From contig NC_092378.1 of the NCBI RefSeq assembly GCF_030028105.1, positions 100,925,731 to 100,989,730 on the forward strand: a DNA stretch of 64,000 nucleotides. Reading direction: 5' to 3'. A model generated the notes under the pieces. It was not told the DNA's origin. It worked only from the letters and a program-made list of their open reading frames with translations, and did not search any database. The first letter of the stretch is position 1. The number at the start of each line of letters is the position of its first letter. Positions 26,139 to 40,000 of this stretch are shown in pieces. This DNA comes from Mobula birostris. Its lineage: Eukaryota. Position numbers and translations under genes: made by a program.

Positions 26139-26370
26139 CATCTCTAGGAAGAGGTACAGTCGACGTTTCGGGCTGAGACCCTTCATCAGGACTAACTGAA
26201 AGAAGAGCTAGTAAGAGCTTACTAGCTCTTCTTTCAGTTAGTCCTGAAGAAGGGTCTCGGCCTGAAATATCAACTGTACCTCTTCCTAGAGATGCTGCCT
26301 CGACTGCTGCGTTCACCAGCAACTTTGATGTGTGTTGCTTGAATTTCCAGCATCTGCAGAATTCCTCGTG
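26139..26370. mobile_element. Penelope-like terminal-repeat insertion forming a long inverted repeat, with TSD
   Basis: Arms ~26137-26215 and 26218-26296; flanking duplication caggcacaaggag at 26126-26138 and 26371-26383. Confidence 0.85.
26157..26194 (-). ncRNA. Minimal type I hammerhead ribozyme motif
   Basis: UAGUC-CUGAUGA-A-GGG UCUCAG CCC-GAA-ACGU-C^GACUG: full core, stems I and II, palindromic stem III. Confidence 0.75.
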
Positions 26371-29300
26371 CAGGCACAAGGAGGACATGCAAACTCTACA
26401 AAGTCAGGATCAAACTCAGGCTTATGGGAGCTGTGAGACAACAGTGTGAGCCAATGTGCCATCCAGGAGTCACAGTCCCAAAATAAAGGGTCAGAACTTC
26501 AAACATCAGCCATGATCTTATTGAGTGGTGGAGCAGACGCGAGAGGTTGAATGGCCTGATCCTGCTTCTCGTTATGTTCTTAAGAAATGGTTTTAAGACC
26601 AACATCTTGCAGGTGCGCTTAGGATATAAAAAGAAGAAGCAACAGATGAACTGTTCAGCCTCCAGTGAACAAGTCTGGATGAATGGAATGAATCCGTGGG
26701 CAGTATAACAAAGTTGGGGAGTGATGACAAGACAACATTATGCACATTAAAATATCATTTGCAATTAATTAAAGGGGTTTGATTTGTTTTTTACTTAATG
26801 TGATTTCTATATTTGAAAAGAGAGAAAGAACAATTATAAACCAAACAGCTTAATATTGGCAGCAGGAATATAATGGCATCCTTAGCCAATGGCGTAATGG
26901 AAAACAAATCAGAAAGTGCAAATTGGTATAGTCAACACAGAAACCAAAAGGGGAATTAATGAGTAACCATCCTTATTATACTGTATATTCCAAGAGGAAT
27001 AGATAAAAGTTAATATACTGGATGTGATATATTTGGCCTTCCAAATCACCTTTGAAAAGTTGCTGCAAATGGGACTTGTGTGACATCGGAGAAAGTCACA
27101 AACTGAATGGTCTATTAGTCATACCAAATGGAGGAACCACTGTACTTAAATCTGCATAATCAATTTAGGTGCAGTCTTGGACATTACTAAATTGACAATG
27201 AGACCAATTTGGGCAGAGGTAGGGTAAGGGGGAGGCTATAAAATGGCTCTGTAATAGGCAATAGACCATTATAGATATGTTTATTGATACATGCTTGCAG
27301 GAAGAAAAAGAAGGTTACAATTTCTTGGAAATAAAGTGCCCAATGTGGTAGAGGAACAGTGAGTTATAAAGTGTGTAAATATATAGAGTAAGATTTTATT
27401 ATTCTTTTAAAAAAAATCTATCCACAGCTTTACAAATCTTAAGAAGGGCTTCTTCTGCCTTTGAACAGGAATCAAAGTCATCTGTTACAATTGACACCTT
27501 TGCACGATTTTTGCCCAAAAGTATATATTTTTTATTAAGTAAGATATTCCGTTTTGTAAAACAGTTACTGGAGATACTACAGTCCATTAGCAATTGTAAT
27601 ACCAACTAAAGGTCATGAAAAGGCAATGTTTTTTTCTTTATATTTTCCATGTTCATTTCTAAAGTAAAAAGCAGAAGCTCAAACTCACATTGATATTGGT
27701 TGGACCGTTGCTGAATAGTATTGCAAGTCATGTTGGGTGTAAGAAGGGTAGAGACACTGAAGACAGTGGCTGAACAATAAAGATCAAACTGACTAGGTGC
27801 ACTTGACCTCAGAAAGAAAAGACAGAGGAGCGATGTGATATCAGAAAGGGTTTGAAAAATTTTAGAATAGACTGGTTTATTGTCATATACATCAGAGTGA
27901 GGTTGCAATGAAATTCCTTGCTCATGAAAGGCTCACAGAATAAACGGTACACATGGTAATAATAAATACAACTATAAATACAGAAATAAATACGCTATGA
28001 TGTAGCAATTTTTCTACTTGTCACAAAGGCTAGTACTTGGTTCTAGAGTTACTAACAAATACAATAGGAAATTCAACAAAAATATTTTATCCAGAGAATG
28101 GGAAGAATATGGAACTCTGCCACAAGATTGGTTAATGTGAATTCTGTAGGTGCACTTGAGGGGACCCAGATATGTTTTTTTTTGTAGAGAAAGGCATCTA
28201 AGGATATTCTGACAGAGTGAAATGAAAGGTGGAGAGAGTAGGCATGTTAGGATCAAAAAACAATGCAATTAGCTATTGAGGATGGGCTACATGCTTCAGT
28301 GACATATAATATATTGCACACAGGTCATTCAAGAACCTCCAGCTGCAAAGTCTTTGTTACAGTCTACAGAAGGCTCTGTTGGGTGGGGAACAGTGGGAGG
28401 AGTGGGAGGAAGGCTGAAATAACAGCATCCATGGGAAACAAATTGAGAAAGAGTTGTGTAATATCCTATTAGATATAAGCCCATGGATTGACAGAATATG
28501 TTGGAGGTGCCAAAGAGTCCACCCCTACTTCCTAACTTTCTTCTGGATGTCAACACCAACGTCTGGTATTTATTTCCAGAATACTCAGGATTCAACTTAA
28601 AAGCAGGAACAATCTACAAAGCTATTGGGAAGATAAGATCATAGCTGTCAGTGGGAAAATTATTAACAAAATATCAAAGACAGAAAAATGACTAAAATTA
28701 CCCTCCCTATTTTGAGGCTCTTTTTAAATTTTACTTCTCTTTCTCCCATTCTTTCCTTCCTTGCCAATTTCCATACAAAGGAGGCTGGTGCTCACTTGGC
28801 TGCAGATTCGTGGACACTGTGGTATCCTCTGACTCAGCCTAAGGGACTGTTGCTCATGTTCAGATGCAGAGAGAAACACTGGGACAAACTTAGAGTATCC
28901 TAAGGTCATAAGGCATGGAAATAGACCCTTTGGTGCACTGGGTCTGTGTCAAACATCAAGCACTTCTTCATACTAATCTTATCCTAACCCATTTTTATTC
29001 GCTTCCCACTTGCATCAACTATTTCGGGATTTATGACTTAGGGGTAATTCAGTGGACAACTAACTTGCTATCTTTTCTTTGGGATGTAGGCAGAACCAGA
29101 GGATGCAGGGAAAGCCACGGTGTTGCAAAGAGCATGTGCATACTCAGAGTTCCAGATCAAATCCAGGTGTCTGGAGCTATGAGGTCCTAAAATGAAATAA
29201 AAATAGAAAATGCTGGAAACACTCAGTTGATCAGATAGCATGTGTCCAAAGATAGACTGTCAACATTTCAGGTTGAGCATCTTTCATGAGATGAAGGGCC

Positions 29301-30639
29301 TAACCAATTTTATTAGCTGGTGAATTTTGCCTGAATCTGACTGAGATGCACACTGTCCTAAGCAGGAGAATGGAGTTTATGATCTCCAGTAAGTACTGAT
29401 TCTGAAGGTCTCTAAACACAGGAGATGTTGGAAATCCAGACCAACACACAAAGTGCTGGAGGAGCTCAGCAGGTCAGGCAGCTTCTATGGAGGGGATAAA
29501 CAGTTGGTGTTTCAGGCCGAGATCCTTCATCAGACTGAAAAGGAAGGGGAAAGAAGCCAGAATAAGAAGGCGGGAGGATGGAAGAGAGTACAAACTGACA
29601 GGTGATAGATGGAGACAAGTGAGGGGGAAGGAGGGTGGGTGGTGAAAGTCTTTCACCACCCACCCTCCTTGCCTATGGTCTAGATAATTCAGCCCATAAC
29701 TGGATGGAAAAACTACTTGTATATGTATAATGCAAAAGCAATTGCAATCAATGAAGTACTTTTGCAATACAGTCAATTTTGCAATATAAAAATATTGCAG
29801 ACATTTTAACACACCAGACTCCCACAAACAGTGAAGTAAGACACTCTGATGAGGATATATTATTAGGCAGAACTTGTCCATCTTCTTCAAGGTAGCATTT
29901 TTTTGTCCGCTTGATAGGGTACTATCTCAATATCTTTTCCAAGAGCTTCTTCAATAGTGCAACATTTCTTTGTTCCTAAACTGAGCCCATTTCCCAGAGG
30001 TGGGATGTGCCCAGTGCACCATCTTTTCCACTGGAGCAAGAGCGCAGAGAATTACCAAGTCCCAAACATAACAATTCAGTCCTTCTTGAAGATTTAATAT
30101 GCTGTCACAAAGCAGTTTGTTCTTATCTGATAAAGTGATGAATGTAATTGTGGTTCCACAGTCAGAGATGAACGACCCAGCATCTTTGGAATGCAACTGA
30201 TCAGGTTGTGGTCAAGTCAACTACAGATTTGGACTGAGATTGAAGTGTGTATTTCCCTTAGGGATAATCATGTTGTTTTGGGGTTAAATCACATTGCTGG
30301 TGCTAGCCTGGGGATATTCACAGAATGATCGACTATATCTACATAATTTCCACATCCTCAGGATGTCCCGAAGCACCTCAAATTTAAACATTAACTTTGG
30401 AAGTGTAATCTCTCTGGTCTTCTTTGTGTAGAGCAAGGCTCCTCATTCAGCTGATTAGCCCACTTTAACTAGAGCAACTTTTTAGTGGTTCTAGTTAAAG
30501 GAGCTATTTTGGGCAGTCATTTGATGAACTTCACTGTCCTTCTCCATATGTGCATCTGAACTAATCCCAGGGTCTTTCACTGAATCATGAAAAAAAAGAG
30601 AACCCTTTAAAGGATATTACTCCTTCAGTAAGGAAAAGG

Positions 30640-30990
30640 ATGCATTTAAATAGCATCTTTCATAGTGACAGGACAGTTCAATGTGATTTGCAGCTGATCT
30701 ATAGTCTCGTCAATGTCACTGTATAGAAAATGCAACGGCCTGTTTGTCCACATATAAACTTCCATGATGTTGGCTGAGAATTAAAAAATGTCCAGAAGAC
30801 TGTGAAGAACTCCCCTGTTCTTCATTAAGATAGTACCATGGGATACTTCATGATTAAGATCTTATCTGAAAAATGGCATTTCTAATGGTACAGTACTGTT
30901 CTGGAGAATTGCCAAGGCTTTCTGTGCTTGGATCTCAGGACTGTACTTGAAGCAACACTTCTGTGTCTGAGCCAAGGAACTGAACCAAGA
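30640..30990 (-). mobile_element. Old DeuSINE-like (SacSINE1/AmnSINE1-related) remnant
   Basis: gaactcccctgttcttc...atagtaccatgggat resembles the Deu-domain as recalled; not verified by alignment. Confidence 0.45.
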
Positions 30991-31081
30991 TATTGAGACA
31001 TCATTTTGAATATTGTGCATGTGGGAACCTGCCAGATCTGGTCATTTCTGATGATTTCCTTGTTTTTGCCTTTGAGACTTT

Positions 31082-31888
31082 GTAAGACGATAACCTATCC
31101 CTCAACGTCAGTAAGACAAAGGAATTGGTTGTTGACTTCAGAAGGAGTAGCAGACCGCATGACCCCATTTACATCGGTGGTGTGCAAGTGGAACAGGTCA
31201 AAAGCTTTAAGTTCATCGGGATCAATATCACAAATTACCTGACTTGGTCCAACCAAGCAGAGTCCACTGCCAAGAAGGCCCACCAGCGCCTTTACTTCCT
31301 GAGAAAACTAAAGAAATTTGGCCTGTCCCCTAAAACTCTCACTAATTTTTATAGATGCACCGTAGAAAGCATTCTTCTAGGGTGCATCACAACCTGGTAT
31401 GGAAGTTGTCCTGTCCAAGACCGGAAGAAGCTGCAGAAGATCGTGAACACGGTGCAGCACATCACACAAACCAATCTTCCGTCCTTGGACTCACTTTACA
31501 CCGCACGCTGTCGGAGCAGTGCTGCCAGGATAATCAAGGATATGACCCACCCAGCCAACACACTTTTCATCCCTCTTTCCTCCGGGAGAAGACTCAGGAG
31601 CTTGAAAACTCATATGGCCAGATTTGGGAACAGCTTCTTTCCAATTGCGATAAGACTGCTGAACGGATCCTGACCCGGATCTGGGCCGTACCCTCCAAAG
31701 ATCCGGACCTGCATCTCGGTTTTTTGCACTACCTTACTTTCCATTTTTCTGTTTTCTAGTTATGATTTATAATTTATATTTTTAATATTTACTATCGATT
31801 TGTAATCCAGGGAGCGGGAAGTGCAGAATCAAATATCGCTATGATTGTACGTTCTAGTATCAATTGTTTGCTGACAAAGTATAAAGTA
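31082..31888 (+). mobile_element. Young Rex1-like LINE 3' fragment
   Basis: Open 182-aa frame VVDFRR...KKAHQRLYFLRKLKKFG...FYRCTVESIL...SFFPIAIRLLN; tail aaagtataaagta. Confidence 0.9.
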
Positions 31889-32731
31889 TGCATTTTCTTT
31901 GTCTTCATTACAATTAAAACTAATGTGATTTAATTATAGTTCAAGTATGTCATATTTAAAAAGATAACATTTGAGCCTTGTGTTAAGCTCATTTAACAAC
32001 TCATAAAATAGGAAATACTTTATAAGCACAAGAGATTCATCAGATGCTGGAAATCTGGAGAACAACACATAAAATGCTGGAAAAACTTAGGTCAGGTCAC
32101 GCAGCATCTATGGGGAGGAATAAACAGTTGAGGACCATTCTATGCTGGATCACAAGGGTTGGAAGCCTTAGATAATTTCTTATTTTGTCTCTAAATCTTT
32201 GATCAAGTTCTGAATCTCAATGGCAGTAAAGTATTTTTCCCTGTGTATGAAGTTCCAACAAAAATGTTGAACAGCTCTCACAAATGTCCTCCTGAAATCA
32301 GCCTCTAGAGGAACAATGAATGCTCAGTTTTGCTAAGGATTGTGAATTGAACCTATTTTGATGTAGACAAGGTTTGTGAAAGGTGCCTGGAAAAAATGAA
32401 GACAAGAAAATGACTCAACGTTATTGAGCAGTTCAAATTCTTTGCCTTCCCGTGTACAAAACAAAGACTTACCTACATTTTAAACAACTAATCTGAGAGG
32501 CATACAAAGCCAAAATAGGGGCGATCTTTCCCATTTATTAGATTAGATCATGAGGACACGCAGTCCTCTTTTATTATCATTTAGTAATGCATGCATTAAG
32601 AAATGATACGTTTCTTAATGTATCATACTCCAGTATCTAGAGTGTACTACAGACACATGGGTGATACTGAAAAACAAGCAACTCACACAGTTCTAAATAG
32701 TAACGATTCATTTGTGATCTAAAACCTAACT

Positions 32732-32852
32732 TTTATTTCAGAAACAGTAAAACAGACAGTGGCTATGGTCTGTATCATTATGGTAAGTTAGTATCCATCT
32801 CCGTTTGGACAAAAAATACTTAATTTGCCAAATATTTGAAATAGCATTTATT
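32732..32852 (-). other. Candidate SCNN1G polyadenylation signals (AATAAA at 32847-32852 and 32732-32737)
   Basis: TTTATT on the + strand 166 and 281 nt past the stop codon; which one is used is unknown. Confidence 0.35.
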
Positions 32853-33017
32853 ACAGGTAGGATCACAAAGATGAGAAGACAGTATTTTTTTTAGTATTTT
32901 CTCTGAGTTGCTGGGTTATTCTCACTTGCTGACCATGAACTAGCGTAACCCTTCAGCACTGATCTGCTTCTCCCTGCCAGACTAAAGACATCTTCAGACA
33001 TCCCTGCGACACAGCAG

Positions 33018-33383
33018 TCAGTGAGTGCAGCACCTCAAACCAGGTGTGTCCGGGAGGAAGTCTGCATGCATCTGAAGTGTTTCATAGGTGGGAGGCAGCA
33101 TGTCTGATGCATGAGCACGCGGCAGCTGCAGGGCAGCATTAAAAGTTGGGGGGTCTTCATCGATGTTGTAGACCGGAGATCTGTGAGCCCCTCTACTGGC
33201 TGTCGGTGGCTCCTCCTCTTCTGCCTCTCTCCGCCACCACTTACAAACTGTCTGTATGCCTTTCCGTGCACCAATTAGGAACATGTCGATGAAGAACACC
33301 TCTATTATCTCAATAACACAGACGACAGAGCAGCTCATCCAGAGTCCCAGCTGGCCTCCGAAGTTTGAGAGTAAGGTGACAAC
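33018..33383 (-). CDS. SCNN1G: SCNN1G exon 13 (TM2, selectivity filter, PY motif, stop)
   Basis: [33 protein letters not shown]...[14 protein letters not shown]...LPPTYETL...RCCTH*. Confidence 0.96.
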   Translation of the reverse strand, partial: VVTLLSNFGGQLGLWMSCSVVCVIEIIEVFFIDMFLIGARKGIQTVCKWWRREAEEEEPPTASRGAHRSPVYNIDEDPPTFNAALQLPRAHASDMLPPTYETLQMHADFLPDTPGLRCCTH

Positions 33384-33962
33384 CTAGAATCCGACAAGCA
33401 GAGGCATTAGCACAACCTGAACCCATGCATGTAATGTGCACCTCAAACAACACCATGTGATTCCTGGATCCTGTTCTCCATTCCTGGTGTTTAATAATTA
33501 CCTGCCAACTGTCTGTGCTGGCTGCTTTCTTTCCAATTTCATGTGACTCACCAAATGAGCCTTTTGTTTTATTGATTGTCTTATAGCAAATAACACCAGC
33601 TTTTGAGAAAGGCCACGCTCTATGAGTGAACTGTATCAATAAAACATAATGCGGAATCTAGACTGGACATTTATGAAGTTAAGAGTCATGCTCAACAATC
33701 AGCTATGAGCTTGCTGCTTAAGGTGACGTGCTAACATGAAACACATATCTCAAAGTGGCATGTTCTAGGTAATTTTATGAATGGAGCTTGTTTGACCCAC
33801 CCAAGTGATGATTTTATGTTGCCAAGAAGGTTTGCCATGAGAGATCAAGCAGATTGGGTACCAGCAAGTATTAATTCATTCTTACCAGCGAGATGGACCT
33901 TGAGGAAGGTAATCTAAGGACCTGTCTGTTCTGCTTGGCTAAACATTTGCAACACAGGCTAA

Positions 33963-34003
<41 letters not shown>

Positions 34004-37000
34004 GATAACAACACTAATACTTACATTATTTTCTGCTGTCTCAGTTATGTTCCTCAGATTGAGACTTCTATAGAAGATGGCCAGATTGGCTAACTCATTC
34101 CTGTTAAGTGAAAATGAGAGCACAAAACCAGTGTAATCTGTACACTTTGTTGTAAACCTGTTATGAAATATGCTGCACTGAATAAGCTAAAAACCTCCTG
34201 TTATTCCCACTACACTAAAGTACCACGCAGTAAAAGATTTTCATTCTTATTGTGCTTTTATAACTTTAAAATGTAACAAAGACCCTTATAGCCAATGAAG
34301 TAGATGAGAAAATTGCATGGTAGTTGCAAAGCAGAAAAAACATCCCAATTTAAAACATTACTCAGATTCCAACGAACCATCCACCTTCCTATTCCCTTCT
34401 AACACACAGAATCCCAATGCACCAAGCCCCTTCTTAAAATTTGTGCCTCCTACCTTTTAATCTTTGTGGTGTGCCCTACTCTCTTAGATAACAAGAGTTC
34501 GTCTGGCTGCCCAATTGGTTTGTGTTAGAGTCATGTTCCCATAGCTGAACTGTTCATGCACACTCATTATCCTACTGAGCCTTGCCCTTCAAGTGCCTAT
34601 AGAACAGATATTTCCCCCTTGGAGGAATGATGAAGTTGCCAGTCCTGGAACTACGTGCATTAGTGATTTTCGTTCCTGGATTTCCAGATCATTCTTATCA
34701 AATATACTGATGTGAAGATTTAATTGAATCTCACCTTCATGATCACATTGCATATTAGCAGGCTGACAAATCAGAACTTACTTTCTTAGTGTTTGGTTTC
34801 TATTGAGTTTCCTTTCCCAGTTCAGAAGGTGAAGGATCCACTCCTATTGAGGAAGGACAGTGGTGTGAGCAAATTCCATCACAACAAGTCAGAGGTCTTT
34901 ATGGATCAGCTTAGTCTCTCTACCCATTAATTAGTTGCTTCTCTCTCACAATTTACTTAATTCAATTTGACCCACTCACTCATTGTCTCCTACAAAAAAA
35001 ATTACACGTGCGTGTGTGTGTGTACTTTTACATGCACTCTCTTTTACCAATATGAATATATGGAAATTCAAATCCATATGGATTACGCCTGACTCAAAGT
35101 CACACCATTCAATTATATTTGAATATTTTACTTCTTGGAATCCAAGGTTACATTTTCCACATTAAATACTAAAAGTTTTCTCTTCTCATTTAGGAAATGT
35201 CTCTTTGTAAAGATCTTCACCCTACAGGACAAAAACTTTCCCTGTCTCCTGATCAAAGAGAACTGAGGTATTTGACTTGTTTTTCCTTTCAAAGATGAGA
35301 AAGCTGAGGCTCCAGTACAGACCTCTGAAGAGCACGCCACGGACACTCGGATGTTTCAGATGCACTTCCACAATGTGGATTGGTCCAAGGATTCTATGCA
35401 GAATCCCTGGGATGACGTACTTAAACAAAATAAGGCAGCAGTGCAGAACAAGGCCACGGTGAAGCAGGCAGTAGATATTGTCCTGAAGATGCCGAGGTGC
35501 ACGTAACACTAGCAGGGTAAATTCATCATTCAAGGAGAGTGGTCCTCAAATCAGATATGGGGGCAACACAACCAGTGGTTCATTCCATGCAACCTGGTTC
35601 AAAGTCAGTGTGAGGCTGGTGGGATACATTTATCTAGGAGTTAAAAGTTTCTGGATTTATTAGATTCATTCTTGGGAACCAGTGTAAGTGAGGGAGGGAA
35701 AAAGTGATCAAGTATATGTAATTGAACAAGCACACATATATTGAAGACTGTGAGTGGGTGCAGTACAGAAGCTAATGATTGAAAGAGTGTGTGATGGACA
35801 AAGAGAGAGGGGCAGATTGAGTAAGTCTAAAGGAATGAATGTAAGCTTGTGGGCAAGAATTTGACTTGAATGAGAACGTGACTTTGCGGGCAAGGACAAA
35901 TGTGAATGAGTAACTGACTGAGTATATAAATGTGAGGGATCAAGCGGTCGTGTAAATGTGCAAGTTTTAGTGAGAAAGATTCTATGTAAGTGACTGAAGG
36001 AATGAGTACAAGAGAGCATGAATGGTACTGCATGGGACTGTGAGAGAATGAGTGAAGCAAATGAGAGAATGAATCAAGGAGATGAGAGTGAATGACAGGC
36101 AGTGAAAGCTCAAGTTAGTAAGCATGGAAAATTGAGCAGAAGTAAACTGAGCAAACACCAGTGTGAATGAATGACGATGCGATGGTGCGTGGGTGAGTGT
36201 AGATCTATGTCACTGAGAGTTCGGGCGAATCAATATCTCTGTGTCTGCGTGCACGTGCATGCTTGTGTATCTGAACTTGTGAACGAGAGCACTGTTACAT
36301 CTTTATACCTGACTAGCCCACTCACCAGGTCCCTGCCCCCCACCTTCAAGCAGACATGCTGGAACCTGGGTAGGGTACCAGGAAATAGGAATCTCGTGGG
36401 CGTTGCTCACCTCAGATGGTGGTGAGGGCCACTGGGCGACACTGACAGTCATTGTCCATTCCTTAGAGCTGTGGAGAAAGCACAAAGACCGTGGCTCAAT
36501 GTCCTAATATCCAACGAAAAGCAGAGAAAAATTGGACTAGGCCTTGGTTGCATGGGGATCAACACTGACTGGGTGATGATTTTAGAGGGATTACATTCAC
36601 CCCTGCCACCCCTCTCCCCCCTCCAGCTCCCTTCCCCTGATTATGACTCTCAACGTTCCACAGGCAGAGGACTCAGCCTTAACTGGATATGAGATCTAAA
36701 TGATCCACAGTTTGAGCATTGGCTCTAGAGTAACTGAAAATGACTGGACACTAGAATTAACTACAAACTAGATCTAGTGGCATGACGTTGACTGGAAAGT
36801 GGCTCCAAAAGCATGAACAATGTCAGTACATGAGATATTGTGGCGCTGGCAATTGCTGGACACAGGGTCCTAATGGACTGGAATTGTCTGGACCCACACT
36901 GGTAAATAAGCCCCATTGGTATTGGCACTGATTGGGCACAAGGCCCACAGAGGCCACGTTGGACAGTGGCTTTACAGGAAGTAGAATTGAGGGTAATTTA

Positions 37001-40000
37001 AATCCAGATAGTGGCAATGAGTGGACACTTGTCTGTAGAGAGACTAGCGGTGGCTGGTTATTCAGGGGGATGAGGGGGCTGTGTCAGTGAAGCAACAAGA
37101 GGGGACAGCAAGAAGGTATTTCTTGGTGCAGTGAGATGAGCCACAAAAACCTCAGAATTTGTGCCTTTAAATATAGTACAACTAAAAATATTAGCATCTG
37201 GTTCAATGCATTTAAGATTATCCCGCATTTCTTGTGAGCGGACTTCACAACTGGTTTGCTTTTCATATCTAGTCCTCCCTAAAAATGCTGTGTCCACTGA
37301 TCTGGAAAATACTACATACTATGTTGCATTACTTACAGTAATTGTTGAATTGCATTTGCTAAATTTATGCACCTTTGACCGAACTTCCCCGAAGAGGACC
37401 ACAACCTTGTCATAGGGTTTGGAAGCTTGTGTGCTTCAATGACCCAGAGAGTGACATTGGCTGGAGTCAGGGCCTTATGCCTGGCTCTTTGTAGGGTCAC
37501 CCATTCCAAACAGGACAAAGGGTAGAGGCCAGACTAAGAGAGGTCCACCAGTCCTTCAGGTTTGGGGGCTCAGCTCAGGGCCGACAACCATGACTAATCA
37601 AAAAAAGTTGATATGGAAACAGCAATGAAGAATCCTATATCTGGGTGCGATCTAAGGAGGACCTCCATTGCTGCCCTAAACGCCAATGACAACAGGCAGT
37701 AAGTAAGTGACCAAACTTGGGTAAAATGTCTTCTCTTGCTTTTGGGTTACAAACCCCTGTTCTAGAATGACCAGCACTTACTAGATTTAGAGCGGCACAG
37801 CTGTGTAGTAGTTAGCACAACACTTCCTGTGCCAGCTGGAAGGTCAGGGTTCAATTCCTGCAGCTACCTGTAAGGAGTTTCTACATTCTCCCCGAGACCC
37901 CATGGATTTCCTCCAGGTGCTCTGGTTTCCTCCCACAGTCCAAAGACATACGGTTAGGGTTAATGAGTTGTGGGCATGCTATGTTGGTGCCAAAAGTGTA
38001 TTAATCCTAGCTGATTTGATTTGATGCAGACGACATATTTCACTGTATGTTTCGATGTACATGTGACAAATGAAGCTAATCTTTAAACACAGCTCCAGTG
38101 GACTTGGAGTTCTTTGTGGCAGCTGGTACAAAAGGACATCATGTCCTCAGGGATGGGCACTAGTTTTAGGGCAACTTGACCACAAAGTTTTAACTGGGAT
38201 TCATGGTTGCATATTTGACTGCATCGCCAGCTCCATGGGAACGTAAGTGGACCGGACATCAACAACAATGCTGACAAAAGAGTCTTACTGGACATGACTC
38301 CAGAGGGACAAGCAATGACTCAACTCTGGCTCAAGAAAGGCTGGAAATGCTTGAACACTATTAACAAGAATCCACATGGACTGCACTGGTGTTTTACAGG
38401 AAGCACATAGAATATATTCTGATAATCCAAAGTGGTGCACCTCTCTGCAACTAACACTGAGAGAAGGACAACTAACTTGTGGGATTTCATTGAGCTATCT
38501 TGTTGGAATGGAAATTATCTTCAGGTCTTAGGAACTTACTGACAGGCAGGTCGGCAAATCTTCTGGCAAACCAATTGTTCTTGAATAAATTGATTGCGCA
38601 GTCTGTAATAGCAGGAAACTATGGGAAAAGAGAAGTTTCTTAAACTCTGTGGGCAACATCAAATAACTAAACAAACAGAATTATATCTACTTCCAGATTT
38701 CCATTATTCTTCCTATCAAAAACACCCTGAATTTATTCATGACCCCTTGACTCTTGTACTGTGTCCCCAATTTCTCTGTATCTGGATTAAGAAACTTCTT
38801 CAGGAAACCTGATTGAACTCATCCTTACATTGAACAACTTCACTCACTTGCACTTTATTGTCTACCTGCACTGCACTGTCTCTGTAGCTATAACACTTCA
38901 TTCTGCTCTGTTATTTTTTCCCCCTGCACTACCTCTGCACTTTTATAATGAATGATATTTAAGTCAAGTTTTTCACTGTTCCGCAGTACACGTGACCATA
39001 ATGAACTAATTTAATTTCTCCAAATCAAAGATGTCTGACGAACTTCCAAATCAGACAACTTTGATTTGGAAGTTCAGCATCAGGCATCTGATCAACATGA
39101 TTCGTGTAACATAATCAACAGGGTATAATTATGCTATATAGAGCTATTCAAGTGCAAAAAGATTTGTTTGTTTTATCGACTACACAAAAGCATTTGATAA
39201 AGTGAAGCACAATAAGTTATTTGAAATATTAGAGCAAACTCTAGATCTAGATTCTAAAGACCTCTGTCTAATCAGAAATCTGTACTGAGAACAAACTGCC
39301 GCTGTAAGAATAGATGGAGAAGTGAGTCAGTTTACGAAAATCAAGAGAGGTGTTAGACAAGGGTGTGTTTTCTCCCCTGATTTATTTAATGTGTACAGTG
39401 AAACAATATTACAAAAAATAAGAGACATCTTGGGAATCAAATTTGGCAGTGAAAACGTCAATAATTTCAGATATGTAGATGACACTGTGTTAATTGCAAG
39501 TACAGAGGAAGAACTACAAAACTTAATTGATATAATTATTGAAGAAAGTGCAAAAATGGGTCTATCAATTGCAAAAAGACAGAATGTATGGTGATATCCA
39601 AAAAGGAGGAGAATCCTATCTGCAGGCTGAGAATAAACGGAGAAGACATAAAGCAAGTACAGAACTTTTGCTACTTAGGAAGCTGGGTGACATCAGATGG
39701 CAGGTGAAACATGGACATCAAAAGAGGAACAGGGATGGCAAAAGACACCTTCACAAGAATGAAGAGTATACTGACCAATACTAAACTAGGCATGACACCC
39801 GCCTCAGAGCACTGAAATGCTACGTTTATCCAGTTATGTTATATGGATCAGAATGTTGGACAATATCTAGTAATATGAGGAAATGAATCGTAGCAGCAGA
39901 GATGTTTTTTTGAGCAGGATGCAAAGAATATCATGGATGAACCGAATGTCTAACAAGGATGTCATGAACAGAGCAAACACAAAAAGAGAAATAATGTATG

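Noticed and set aside
32594-32620. AT-rich hairpin downstream of SCNN1G
   Set aside because: Short, and lies in what looks like a LINE tail remnant; no evidence of function.
33021-33032. C-terminal CCTH as a prenylation signal
   Set aside because: Poor CaaX match, and CCXX geranylgeranylation needs a Rab fold; only possible palmitoylation is retained as a hypothesis.
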